Below, piece by piece: positions 9,137-17,192 of a DNA stretch of 32,000 nucleotides. Made by a program: the position numbers and the translations under genes. Each line of letters opens with the position of its first letter. Position 1 is the stretch's first letter. The notes under the pieces were generated by a model that saw only the letters and a list, made by a program, of their open reading frames with translations, searched no databases and had not been told where the DNA came from. This DNA is from Patescibacteria group bacterium (GTDB taxonomy: Bacteria; Patescibacteriota; Patescibacteriia; 2-01-FULL-39-33), in assembly GCA_041662745.1 (NCBI GenBank), contig JBAZRV010000002.1, positions 30,001 through 62,000 on the forward strand, given 5' to 3'.

Positions 9137-10171
9137 ATGAATGAAACGAATAAAATTCAGTATTTCTGGGATATTTGCGGCCAGGAAAAAGTCGTTGATT
9201 TTTTGAAGTCGGCCATAAAAAATAATCGTGTCGGTCACGCCTATATCTTCACGGGTCCGGACGCCTTGGGCAAAGAGACCATCGCCAATCAATTCATTAA
9301 ATCCTTAATGTGCACCGGAACCGGAGAAACCAAGCCTTGCAATGATTGCGCCGTTTGCCGGCAGATAAATAACAGAACCCATCCTGATGTTTTTCGCTTA
9401 GGCCGGATTCAGGATGAAAAGACCGGCAAATGGAAACGGGATATTATTATTGATCAGATTCGTGAATTGAAATACAAATTGTCGCAAGGCAGTTTCTTGT
9501 CCGGCTGGAAGGCGGCGATAATTTCCGAAGCGGAGTTGCTTAATATAAATTCCGCCAATGCTTTTTTGAAAGTCTTGGAGGAGCCGACAGCCAAAACCAT
9601 TATCATTCTGATTGTCAGTGACATTTCTGCTGTTCCCAAAACCATCGCTTCCCGTTGCCAGGTTTTGAGCTTTTTGCCGGTTGCCCGCAAGGAGATTAAG
9701 GATTATCTTCTGTCAAATGAGGTGGCAGAAGAAATTGCTGAAAGATCGGCACGCCTGGCTTTGGGCCGGCCGGGACGGGCTGTGGCCCTGGCCAATAATC
9801 AGGAGCTGTTGAATGAAGAGCAGGAGCAAATCGATTCATTATTAAAAATCTTGCCCCTGCCTTTAGTAGGACGCCTGAAACTATTGGATGAAGTGTTTAA
9901 GGCGGACAAGGATGAAGCCATCAGTTCAGATCGCGCCCATCGCTTAATGGAGAGTTGGCAGATAACTTTGCGGGATTTGATACTGCTTAAATTGAACAGT
10001 GAATATTATATGTCTAATTTGTCGTCTTTGCCGTTATTGTATGAAATCAGGGATAAGGTTAGCTGGGAAAGGGTTCTGAATGCGGATCGGTTGATCAGCG
10101 AATTGAAAAAAATGTTTAATAATAACATCAGCTCTAAGAATATTTTGGAGAACTTGGTTATTAATTTATAA
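9137..10171 (+). CDS. holB: DNA polymerase III delta-prime subunit (clamp-loader AAA+ protein)
   Basis: HAYIFTGPDALGKETIANQFIKSLMC is followed by a Cys cluster (CNDCAVCRQI), then LLNINSANAFLKVLEEP and the SRC motif (TIASRCQVL). Confidence 0.8.
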   Translation: MNETNKIQYFWDICGQEKVVDFLKSAIKNNRVGHAYIFTGPDALGKETIANQFIKSLMCTGTGETKPCNDCAVCRQINNRTHPDVFRLGRIQDEKTGKWKRDIIIDQIRELKYKLSQGSFLSGWKAAIISEAELLNINSANAFLKVLEEPTAKTIIILIVSDISAVPKTIASRCQVLSFLPVARKEIKDYLLSNEVAEEIAERSARLALGRPGRAVALANNQELLNEEQEQIDSLLKILPLPLVGRLKLLDEVFKADKDEAISSDRAHRLMESWQITLRDLILLKLNSEYYMSNLSSLPLLYEIRDKVSWERVLNADRLISELKKMFNNNISSKNILENLVINL

Positions 10172-10212
10172 AAATAAAAATCATTCAATATTGATTATTA
10201 ATCATTAAACAT

Positions 10213-11274
10213 ATGCTTGTCAAAAAACTTGTTCCTTTTTTAGCGTTAGCCGTCATTCTGGGCGGTTGCACTATCGGCGCTCCGCTCAGCACCACCACTA
10301 AGGCGGCTGACGGCGGCATCTGGAAATCAGCCGATAGCGGCAAGACCTGGACGCAAACCAATGATGTTTTAACGACTAAGGGCAAGGTTGCCTCCATTGC
10401 CTCGGTTGATATCAGAAAGGTCTCGCTTGATCCTCAAGATGCTACAGCCCTGTATCTGAGTACAGAAAAAAACGGCGTTGTTTATTCGCTTGACGGCGGC
10501 GCTTCCTGGCAGCAATTTAAAAAGCTGAAATTTGATAAAGTGAGAAAAGTCGTTGTCAGTCCGCAGAATAAATGCGTTTTTTATGTTTTATTGGATACTT
10601 ATGTGTTTAAAACCGATAATTGCGGGCGTGATTTCGTTAATGTTTATTATCATCAAAAAGCCAACGTGGTTTTAACCGATATCAGTATTGACCCGGCCAA
10701 TCCCGATATTATGCTGATGGGCACCAGCGCCGGAGAAATTTTGAAAAGCACTAATGCCGGCCAGGCCTGGGTGACTGCCCAGCGCGTTACTGGCGGCGTA
10801 ATTAAGGACATTCTGTTTGATCCGCGCGATTCCCGAACGGTTTATGTCGGCACTGACAAAGAAGGGATTTATAAAACCACCAATAGCGGCGACTCTTGGC
10901 GGTCATTGGGCGAGGGCTTAAAATCATATATCGGCAGCCAGCAGTATCAGCAGTTAATAATTGATAAGGCCACGCCTAACGGTTTGATTTTCATTTCTAA
11001 ATTCGGCATGTTGAGAAGCTCCGACGGCGGCAATACCTGGAGTATAGTTGATCTGTTGCCGGCTCAGCGTTCCGCTACGATTTTGACGGTGGCGGTTAAT
11101 CCTAAGGCTAGCAATGAGATCTATTATGCGACTGCCGGCGCTTTAGTCAAATCGATTGATGGCGGTAAGACTTGGTCATCGCGCAAATTGCCGTACAGCC
11201 GTTTGACCACGGCCATTGTCGTCAACCCGGATACGCCGGCCACGGTTTATCTGGCGACGGAGCTGGCGCAGTAG
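10213..11274 (+). CDS. Lipoprotein with BNR/Asp-box repeats (beta-propeller, Ycf48/sialidase-like fold)
   Basis: It has a lipobox (LAVILGGC) and six S-x-D/N-x-G-x-(T/S)-W boxes: SADSGKTW, SLDGGASW, STNAGQAW, TTNSGDSW, SSDGGNTW and SIDGGKTW. Confidence 0.75.
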   Translation: MLVKKLVPFLALAVILGGCTIGAPLSTTTKAADGGIWKSADSGKTWTQTNDVLTTKGKVASIASVDIRKVSLDPQDATALYLSTEKNGVVYSLDGGASWQQFKKLKFDKVRKVVVSPQNKCVFYVLLDTYVFKTDNCGRDFVNVYYHQKANVVLTDISIDPANPDIMLMGTSAGEILKSTNAGQAWVTAQRVTGGVIKDILFDPRDSRTVYVGTDKEGIYKTTNSGDSWRSLGEGLKSYIGSQQYQQLIIDKATPNGLIFISKFGMLRSSDGGNTWSIVDLLPAQRSATILTVAVNPKASNEIYYATAGALVKSIDGGKTWSSRKLPYSRLTTAIVVNPDTPATVYLATELAQ

Positions 11275-11349
11275 GTAAATTAATAATTAATTGGCTTTAT
11301 GGATATTTTAGTCGTGAACCCCGCGCCATAAGCCCCATAACTATACAAT

Positions 11350-11901
11350 ATGAGCATCATCGATGATCACAAAAATGAATTTATAAAAGTCGTAGACCAT
11401 TTTAAGACGGAATTGGGACAGCTCAAAACCGGCCGAGCCAATCCGGCGATCTTGGACGGCGTCAGGGTGCAGAATTACGGTACGTTAATGCCCCTCAATC
11501 AAGTTGCTTCCGTTAGTATCGGCGACTCCCGATCGCTTTTGATTCAGCCCTGGGACAAAAGCATCGTCAAAGAGATTGAGAAGGCGATTTTGGAATCAAA
11601 TTTGAATTTGTCGCCGTCAAACGAGGGTGAAAGAATCAGGATTTCTCTGCCGGTGATGACCGAGGAAACCAGGCGTGATACGGTCAAATTATTGCATCAG
11701 AAGGCGGAGCAGGCCAAGATCGCCATTCGTTTGGAACGCGATCAAGTTAAGGGGAAGATTGAAGCGGCTGAGGAGAATAAGGAATTCGGCGAAGATGAGA
11801 GATTCCGCCTCTTGGAGGAGCTGGATAAGACGGTGGGAAAGTATAACGAAGAAGTCAAGGGTTTGGTGGAGAAAAAAGAGGAAGAAATAATGACAGTTTA
11901 A
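11350..11901 (+). CDS. frr: Ribosome recycling factor
   Basis: The 183-aa protein has the typical LKTGRANPAILDGVRVQNYG...L.QVASVS and ...LPVMTEETRRD regions. Confidence 0.93.
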   Translation: MSIIDDHKNEFIKVVDHFKTELGQLKTGRANPAILDGVRVQNYGTLMPLNQVASVSIGDSRSLLIQPWDKSIVKEIEKAILESNLNLSPSNEGERIRISLPVMTEETRRDTVKLLHQKAEQAKIAIRLERDQVKGKIEAAEENKEFGEDERFRLLEELDKTVGKYNEEVKGLVEKKEEEIMTV

Positions 11902-12006
11902 CTATAAATTCCGAAGCTTATAAAGTCCTTAAAGTAAAAAGTCGTAAGAACTTGTTGGATTATTTTTTCAGCTTTAAAAACTTCCGACTTCCAATCACAT
12001 AATTTT

Positions 12007-13164
12007 ATGTTACTAACGATTATCATATTTATTTTAGTTTTATCCTTACTGGTGTTTGTCCATGAGTTGGGGCATTTCTTAACAGCCCGGGGATTCGGCG
12101 TTAAGTGCGAAGAATTCGGCATGGGTTTGCCGCCGCGCGTTATCGGTTGGCAAAAATACCAAGGACGTTGGCGTTTAATCTGGGGCAATAGGGAAATCGC
12201 TCCGGCTGAACCGATGATTTATTCCATAAACTGGATTCCGGTGGGCGGATTTGTCAAAATTAAAGGCGAGAATGGCGAGCAGGCGAGCGAGGCTGACAGT
12301 TTCGGTCATAAGCCGATTTGGCAAAGGAATATTATCCTGGCCGCCGGCGTAACCATGAACTTGATTCTTTGCGTCCTGCTTTTATCGCTGGGTTTTGCTA
12401 TCGGCATGCCCTCGGCGGTGGAAGATAACCAGGGCGGTAAATTTGTTGCTCCGCCGGAAGTGCAAGTTACGGAAATATTGCCGGATATGCCGGCTGCCCA
12501 AAACGACATTAAACCGGGTGATATCATAGCCAAGGTTAACGGTGTAGAAATAACCTCTTCGCAAGGGCTTAAGGATAATTTTAATCAACTAGTCGGCCAA
12601 ACCGCCAGAATTACAATTGAGCGTGATAATGCGCAATTGGAAAAAGATATTATGATCGCGCAAAAAGACGGCATTATCGGCATCGGCATTGGCATAATGG
12701 ATGTCGGCGTAGTGCGTTATCCCTTGCCTTTAGCTTTATGGCAGGGACTCAAGATGACTTGGCAGTGGCTGGTTTTGATTGTTTTGGCGGTGGCGGGTTT
12801 AATTCGGCAACTGTTCGGCGGGCCATCCCTGGGTTTGGATTTTGCCGGTCCGGTCGGCATTGCGGTGATGACCGGACAAGCGGCCAAAATGGGTTGGATT
12901 TATGTGTTGCAATTCGTTGCTTTGCTGTCCTTGAATCTGGCCATTATCAATATTCTGCCATTTCCAGCTTTAGACGGCGGTAGAATAATGTTTTTAGCGG
13001 TGGAGAAAATCCGCGGTAAAGCGGTCAACAGCAAATGGGAGAATTTGTCACACAATGTCGGTTTTCTGCTGTTAATGTTGCTTATCGTAGTCATCACTTA
13101 TCGTGATATTATCAGATATGGCGCGAAGATTATCAGCGTGTTTAAGCGCAGTGTCGGATTATAG
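12007..13164 (+). CDS. rseP: RIP metalloprotease RseP (site-2 protease, M50 family)
   Basis: It has the HELGHF zinc motif in the first TM helix, a single PDZ-like segment (PGDIIAKVNGVEI) and C-terminal LNLAIINILPFPALDGG. Confidence 0.88.
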   Translation: MLLTIIIFILVLSLLVFVHELGHFLTARGFGVKCEEFGMGLPPRVIGWQKYQGRWRLIWGNREIAPAEPMIYSINWIPVGGFVKIKGENGEQASEADSFGHKPIWQRNIILAAGVTMNLILCVLLLSLGFAIGMPSAVEDNQGGKFVAPPEVQVTEILPDMPAAQNDIKPGDIIAKVNGVEITSSQGLKDNFNQLVGQTARITIERDNAQLEKDIMIAQKDGIIGIGIGIMDVGVVRYPLPLALWQGLKMTWQWLVLIVLAVAGLIRQLFGGPSLGLDFAGPVGIAVMTGQAAKMGWIYVLQFVALLSLNLAIINILPFPALDGGRIMFLAVEKIRGKAVNSKWENLSHNVGFLLLMLLIVVITYRDIIRYGAKIISVFKRSVGL

Positions 13165-13174
13165 GAAAATAAAA

Positions 13175-13198
13175 ATCCGACGAGGCGAGTCGTCGGAT
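13175..13198 (-). terminator. Intrinsic terminator, with its T-run on the - strand (end of the 14266-13233 operon; may also stop rseP)
   Basis: ATCCGACGA-ggcgag-TCGTCGGAT forms a 9-bp perfect stem. On the - strand it is followed by tttttatttt. Confidence 0.65.
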
Positions 13199-13219
13199 CA
13201 ATAAAGTTCTGTTGGCGTT

Positions 13220-13267
13220 ACGGTTTGAATCCTTACATTATTGACGGTTTGAATCCTTCCATTATTG
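13220..13267 (-). repeat. 24-bp tandem duplication spanning the stop codon of the 13233 gene
   Basis: ACGGTTTGAATCCTTACATTATTG (13220-13243) and ACGGTTTGAATCCTTCCATTATTG (13244-13267) differ by one base. In gene sense, SIMEGFKP is followed by SIM-TAA-GFKP, so that single difference (GAA versus TAA) creates the stop. Confidence 0.85.
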
Positions 13268-13580
13268 ACAGTAGCCAGTTCACATGCGCGGCCCACTCAG
13301 TGAAATCTTTCATCGTGATGCCGCGTGGCAGAGAGGTTGATTTCTCAGTAAGAGAAATGTAGTTGCTTAAGTTACCTTTTTGATCCGATAGCAGTATATC
13401 TTCAATCGCTTTGATGGCTATATATGCCCTGGGTGACAAGGTGTTAGAGGAATTTATCAGTCTTTGTTCATTTTCCAGCTCCTTTTTTGTCTCTTCACAA
13501 GTTACTTGGTATGTTCTCATGGCATGCAAATGGTCCAGAAGCCGCCGGACAATCGTTACTTGATCCATGGTGGTAATCAT
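13233..13580 (-). CDS. Hypothetical small protein, paralog 3 of 3 (115 aa from ATG 13580)
   Basis: I place the start at the ATG at 13578-13580, preceded by gaaGAGGAGGaaatc. The longer track ORF (to 13625) only adds a duplicated copy of the upstream gene's tail. The N-terminus MITTMDQVTIVRRLLDHL is paralogous to the two upstream genes. Confidence 0.55.
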   Translation of the reverse strand: MITTMDQVTIVRRLLDHLHAMRTYQVTCEETKKELENEQRLINSSNTLSPRAYIAIKAIEDILLSDQKGNLSNYISLTEKSTSLPRGITMKDFTEWAAHVNWLLSIMEGFKPSIM

Positions 13581-13649
13581 GATTTCCTCCTCTTCAGTTG
13601 AAGATCTCGTGTTCAATATAGGCAATATAAGCCCGTTCTAGCTAAAACT

Positions 13650-13949
13650 CTAACCAAGGCATGGAAATGGGCCTGACAACAGGGTGTTATAGACAAATGG
13701 TTTGATGAAATCAAACCAACCGATGAATGTCTTGATAGTATGCGTACTGTGGGTTATGAAACATTCGCTGCATAGTACTTCGCCGGTGTTGCTTCTTCCA
13801 ATAAGCTCTTCTAAATGAAGGATAATGAGAAAGGCCTCATTTGAATAGCGCTTAGTTTGACCATCCATTATCTCATGGCTGTTAATCAACTGCTCTAAGC
13901 GATGAACATACCGGCTAATTAATTTGGCCTGATCTATCGAGGTAATCAT
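13650..13949 (-). CDS. Hypothetical small protein, paralog 2 of 3 (99 aa)
   Basis: Its start overlaps the upstream stop (ATGA at 13946-13949) and is preceded by caaGAGGAGGaaaaatc. The N-terminus is MITSIDQAKLISRYVHRLEQL. The C-terminal TIKTFIGW aligns with TMKDFTEW of paralog 3. Confidence 0.55.
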   Translation of the reverse strand: MITSIDQAKLISRYVHRLEQLINSHEIMDGQTKRYSNEAFLIILHLEELIGRSNTGEVLCSECFITHSTHTIKTFIGWFDFIKPFVYNTLLSGPFPCLG

Positions 13950-14266
13950 GATTTTTCCTCCTCTTGAGTTGAGGTTTTGGGCATGGCTGATTCCGCCGCT
14001 TTTATAATTTTTCGACTCTCAACGATCAAATGAGTAATCTGCTGAATGGTTGGAGCCTCTGTCGGACAGGTTAATTCGCAAAAATAATTGAGATGATTAA
14101 CGCACGCTTCGGCTAAAATGGAAAGTTTTTTCTCTGATCCGCTACCGCTAATGCCCTCAATTTTTGGCACCCCATGATTATCAAAAAGCTTACCTCGGCG
14201 CTTAAGACTAGTCAATTTTTTCAAAAACCCCTTGGCGATAATGATTTTATCAAAAGTGTCAATCAT
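13946..14266 (-). CDS. Hypothetical small protein, paralog 1 of 3 (106 aa)
   Basis: The SD is ataAGGAGatatga-ATG and the N-terminus is MIDTFDKIIIAKGFLKKLTSL. The tail ...STQEEEKS-TGA is encoded by the SD region of the next gene. Confidence 0.55.
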   Translation of the reverse strand: MIDTFDKIIIAKGFLKKLTSLKRRGKLFDNHGVPKIEGISGSGSEKKLSILAEACVNHLNYFCELTCPTEAPTIQQITHLIVESRKIIKAAESAMPKTSTQEEEKS

Positions 14267-14320
14267 TCATATCTCCTTATGGTTTTAAAATACTATTTTA
14301 AGGTTCATTGCTGATTGACT

Positions 14321-14349
14321 ATGTTATCACGCCTTGTAAAGTTTGTCAA
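14321..14349 (-). promoter_or_regulatory. Sigma70-like promoter for the triplet operon
   Basis: On the - strand: TTGACA (rc of 14344-14349), a 17 nt spacer, then TAACAT (rc of 14321-14326). It is flanked or overlapped by two CCTTGTAAA copies (14332-14340 and 14355-14363). Confidence 0.4.
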
Positions 14350-14402
14350 ATTCACCTTGTAAATACCATTTATAATTCAGTTACTGATTTAATACAATAA
14401 AT

Positions 14403-14768
14403 ATGAAAATAAGCCTGCCAAGCAGCCTCAATCCAATAGATGCCATTCGTCGTTGCGGTTATGGCCAAGTTTTAGATCGACGCGCCACCGAGCCAAGTTT
14501 TGCCCGCCGGCTGGGTACCGGCCTGTATCCGCGTTTCCATGCTTATATAAATCAAATCGGCGCCGGTTATGTGGTTAATCTCCATTTGGACCAAAAGCAA
14601 GCGTCTTACGAGGGCACAGCAGCGCACAGCGGCGAATACGAGGGTGGGGCGGTTGAAGCTGAGGGTCGCCGGATAGCCGAGTGTTTGCAAAAAGCGGCAA
14701 CGGAAAAATCAGCTCCGGCGGTTCCGGAAAAAGAGGAGAAAAAAGGCTTTTTCCATCGATTTTTCTAA
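14403..14768 (+). CDS. Hypothetical 121-aa protein
   Basis: The ORF is clean and has backbone-like composition. I recognise no motif and it has no SD. A TATAAT lies at 14371-14376 upstream. Confidence 0.5.
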   Translation: MKISLPSSLNPIDAIRRCGYGQVLDRRATEPSFARRLGTGLYPRFHAYINQIGAGYVVNLHLDQKQASYEGTAAHSGEYEGGAVEAEGRRIAECLQKAATEKSAPAVPEKEEKKGFFHRFF

Positions 14769-14808
14769 GTTTGACTTTAAGTCTTTATAATAGTAAAATA
14801 AGCCCATT

Positions 14809-16038
14809 ATGAAACAGTCCAAGCTATTCCCCAAGACATTAAAAAATCCGCCCAAAGACGCAACTTCCGCCAGCCACAGACTATTAGTGCAAGGCGGTTA
14901 TGTTGATATGCTCCAAGCCGGAGTTTACACTTATTTACCCCTTGGTTGGCGGGTAATCCAAAAAATCGTACGGATTGTGCGAGAAGAAATGGACGCTGAG
15001 GGCGGTCAAGAATTGCTTATGCCGGCCTTGCAACCTAAGAATATTTGGGAGGAAACCGGCCGGTGGAGCGGCAGTTTGCAGGAAGTGATGTATCAATTTA
15101 AAGATGCGGCCGGCAAAGAACTGGGATTGGCCGCTACGCATGAAGAGGTTATTTATGATTTGGCGCGCCGCTTCCTTTCTTCTTATAAGGAATTGCCTTT
15201 GGCTGTTTATCAAATCCAAAATAAATTTCGCGCCGAGCTCAGGGCTAAGGGCGGATTGATGCGCGGTCGCGAATTCATGATGAAAGACTTATACAGTTTT
15301 CATTTGAGCGAAGAAGATTTGAATCAGTATTATCAGCGTCAAATTGAGGCTTATAAACGCGTTTACAGCCGTTTGGGTTTGCAGGCTAAAGTCGTGGAGG
15401 CTTCCGGCGGTGTTTTTACCAAGAATTTTTCTCATGAGTTCCAAGTGGTCTCCGCCGCCGGCGAAGATAAGATTGTTTATTGCGACGGTTGCGACTTCGC
15501 GCAGAATGCGGAAATCGCGACGGTCAAGGCTGGTGAAAATTGCCCTAAATGCGGTTTGCCGGTCAAAGAGGGCAAAAGCATAGAAGTGGGCAATATTTTT
15601 AACTTCGGCGATAAGTACGCCAAGGATATGAACGGCTATATCAATGACGAGTCAGGCAAGAAATTGCCGATTCTGATGGCCTCTTACGGCATTGGAATTT
15701 CCCGGCTAGTGGCGACGATAGTGGAATTGTATCATGATGATAAAGGCATCGTCTGGCCGGAAAGCTCCTCGCCCTTTTCTGTTCATTTATTATCGCTTAA
15801 GGCGGATGCTCAAGCCGCTAAAGTTTACGATGAATTGATTAAGGCCGGCATTGAAGTATTATACGATGATCGCGACATTTCCGCCGGTCAGAAATTCGCC
15901 GATAGCGACTTGTTGGGCATCAGTTGGCGTTTAATCGTAAGCGAGAAAACGGGGGAGAAGGCGGAGATTAAGAAGAGGGAAGGAGCCGAGGCGGAATTAA
16001 TGACAACGGAAGAAGTTATTAAGAAATTGAAAAAATAA
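14809..16038 (+). CDS. proS: Prolyl-tRNA synthetase, bacterial-type catalytic core without the INS editing domain
   Basis: It aligns by eye with E. coli ProRS through motif 1/2 (ATHEEVIYDL, YQIQNKFRAELRAKGGLMRGREFMMKD, SHEFQV), then resumes at IEVGNIF...YGIGISRLV. The roughly 180-aa INS region is replaced by C-x2-C-x17-C-x2-C. An anticodon-binding C-terminus is present. The length is 409 aa. Confidence 0.92.
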   Translation: MKQSKLFPKTLKNPPKDATSASHRLLVQGGYVDMLQAGVYTYLPLGWRVIQKIVRIVREEMDAEGGQELLMPALQPKNIWEETGRWSGSLQEVMYQFKDAAGKELGLAATHEEVIYDLARRFLSSYKELPLAVYQIQNKFRAELRAKGGLMRGREFMMKDLYSFHLSEEDLNQYYQRQIEAYKRVYSRLGLQAKVVEASGGVFTKNFSHEFQVVSAAGEDKIVYCDGCDFAQNAEIATVKAGENCPKCGLPVKEGKSIEVGNIFNFGDKYAKDMNGYINDESGKKLPILMASYGIGISRLVATIVELYHDDKGIVWPESSSPFSVHLLSLKADAQAAKVYDELIKAGIEVLYDDRDISAGQKFADSDLLGISWRLIVSEKTGEKAEIKKREGAEAELMTTEEVIKKLKK

Positions 16039-16098
16039 GGTTTTGCTTGTTTGAAGTTTATTGGCGGAGGCCGATTAAGAAACAGATAATTTTTCAAG

Positions 16099-17133
16099 AT
16101 GTTTAAAAAATTTTTCGGAAAATTCAATCGCGGCTTGGGCATTGACCTGGGCAGCGGCAATACCTTGGTCTATCAGCAGGATCGCGGTATTGTGATTGCC
16201 GAATCTTCGGTAGTGGCGGTAAATAATCGCACCGATCAGATTTTGGCGATCGGCGATGAGGCTCGAAGAATGCTGGGCAAAACTCCGCCGCATATTACCG
16301 CTACCCGCCCGCTGGAGTATGGCATTATTTCTGATTTTGAAGTAACCGAAAAAATGCTGAAGTTTTTTATGAACAAGGTTCGAGCCGGCCGCGTGGGATT
16401 TTCGGCTATGCCCATCGTAGTGGTGGGCGTGCCTTTGGATGTTACGGCAGTAGAGAAAAAAGCGGTGGCTGACGTGGTTATGGCCGCCGGAGCGGCGCAA
16501 GTTTATTTGGTGGAAAATGTCATGGCTACGGCTATCGGCGCGCGCATCCCCATTCAGGATCCGACCGGCAACATGGTGGTTAATATCGGCTGCGGTTTGG
16601 CCGAAGCCGCGGTTATTTCGTTGGACGGCATTGTTAATTTTAAGGTTTCCCGCGTCGCCGGCAACGCTTTGGACAAAGACATCATCAACTTCGCCCGCGA
16701 GGAATTCTCTTTGATTCTGGGTGAAATGGTAGCTGAAGACATTAAGAAAAAAATCGGTTCGGCTTTGCCGCTTAAAGAGCCGTTAGAAATGGCTATGCGC
16801 GGCCGCGATGTGATGACCGGTCTGCCGAGAGAGATAAAAGTCAATGATGCGCAAATCCGCGAAGCTATCGCCAAGTCGCTGGAAAAAATATTAAATACGA
16901 TTAAAGCGACCTTGGAAACCACTCCGCCGGAATTGGTAGCCGATATTTATCAGAAGGGAATTTATCTGACCGGCGGTACGGCTCAATTAAAAGAACTGGA
17001 TAACTATGTTTCCAAAGGCATCAATATACCGGTTCATATCGCTGAAGATCCGCAGACTTGCGCCGTGCGCGGCTTGGGATCGCTTTTAGACGATGAAGCT
17101 CTGCTGAAAGACATTGTCGTGCCGAATTCCTAA
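16099..17133 (+). CDS. mreB: MreB-like actin homolog, divergent paralog heading the mreCD-PBP2 operon
   Basis: GIDLGSGNTLVY and LTGGTAQLKELDNYV are conserved. Phosphate 2 reads VVNIGCGLAEAAVISL instead of the DIGGGT(T/S)E form seen in the first MreB. Confidence 0.85.
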   Translation: MFKKFFGKFNRGLGIDLGSGNTLVYQQDRGIVIAESSVVAVNNRTDQILAIGDEARRMLGKTPPHITATRPLEYGIISDFEVTEKMLKFFMNKVRAGRVGFSAMPIVVVGVPLDVTAVEKKAVADVVMAAGAAQVYLVENVMATAIGARIPIQDPTGNMVVNIGCGLAEAAVISLDGIVNFKVSRVAGNALDKDIINFAREEFSLILGEMVAEDIKKKIGSALPLKEPLEMAMRGRDVMTGLPREIKVNDAQIREAIAKSLEKILNTIKATLETTPPELVADIYQKGIYLTGGTAQLKELDNYVSKGINIPVHIAEDPQTCAVRGLGSLLDDEALLKDIVVPNS

Positions 17134-17192
17134 ATTGGCAGCCGATAATTAAGCCAATATCAAGAGATTTTTTTGATTATTTATTACGGCTC

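Noticed and set aside
13221-13257. GGTTTGAATCC, which resembles a tRNA T-arm/T-loop (GGTTCGAATCC) and is present twice, suggested a tRNA fragment or an integrase att site.
   Set aside because: The flanking bases cannot form a T-stem or an acceptor stem. No integrase or tRNA gene is nearby. The two copies are simply the two units of the 24-bp tandem duplication.
13581-13625. A 15-codon N-terminal extension of the 13233 ORF (MPILNTRSSTEEEEI...).
   Set aside because: The extension is the duplicated copy of the upstream gene's tail plus SD region (compare STQEEEKS at the 14266 gene's end). The internal ATG at 13580 has the conserved GAGGAGG SD and the family N-terminus MIT...
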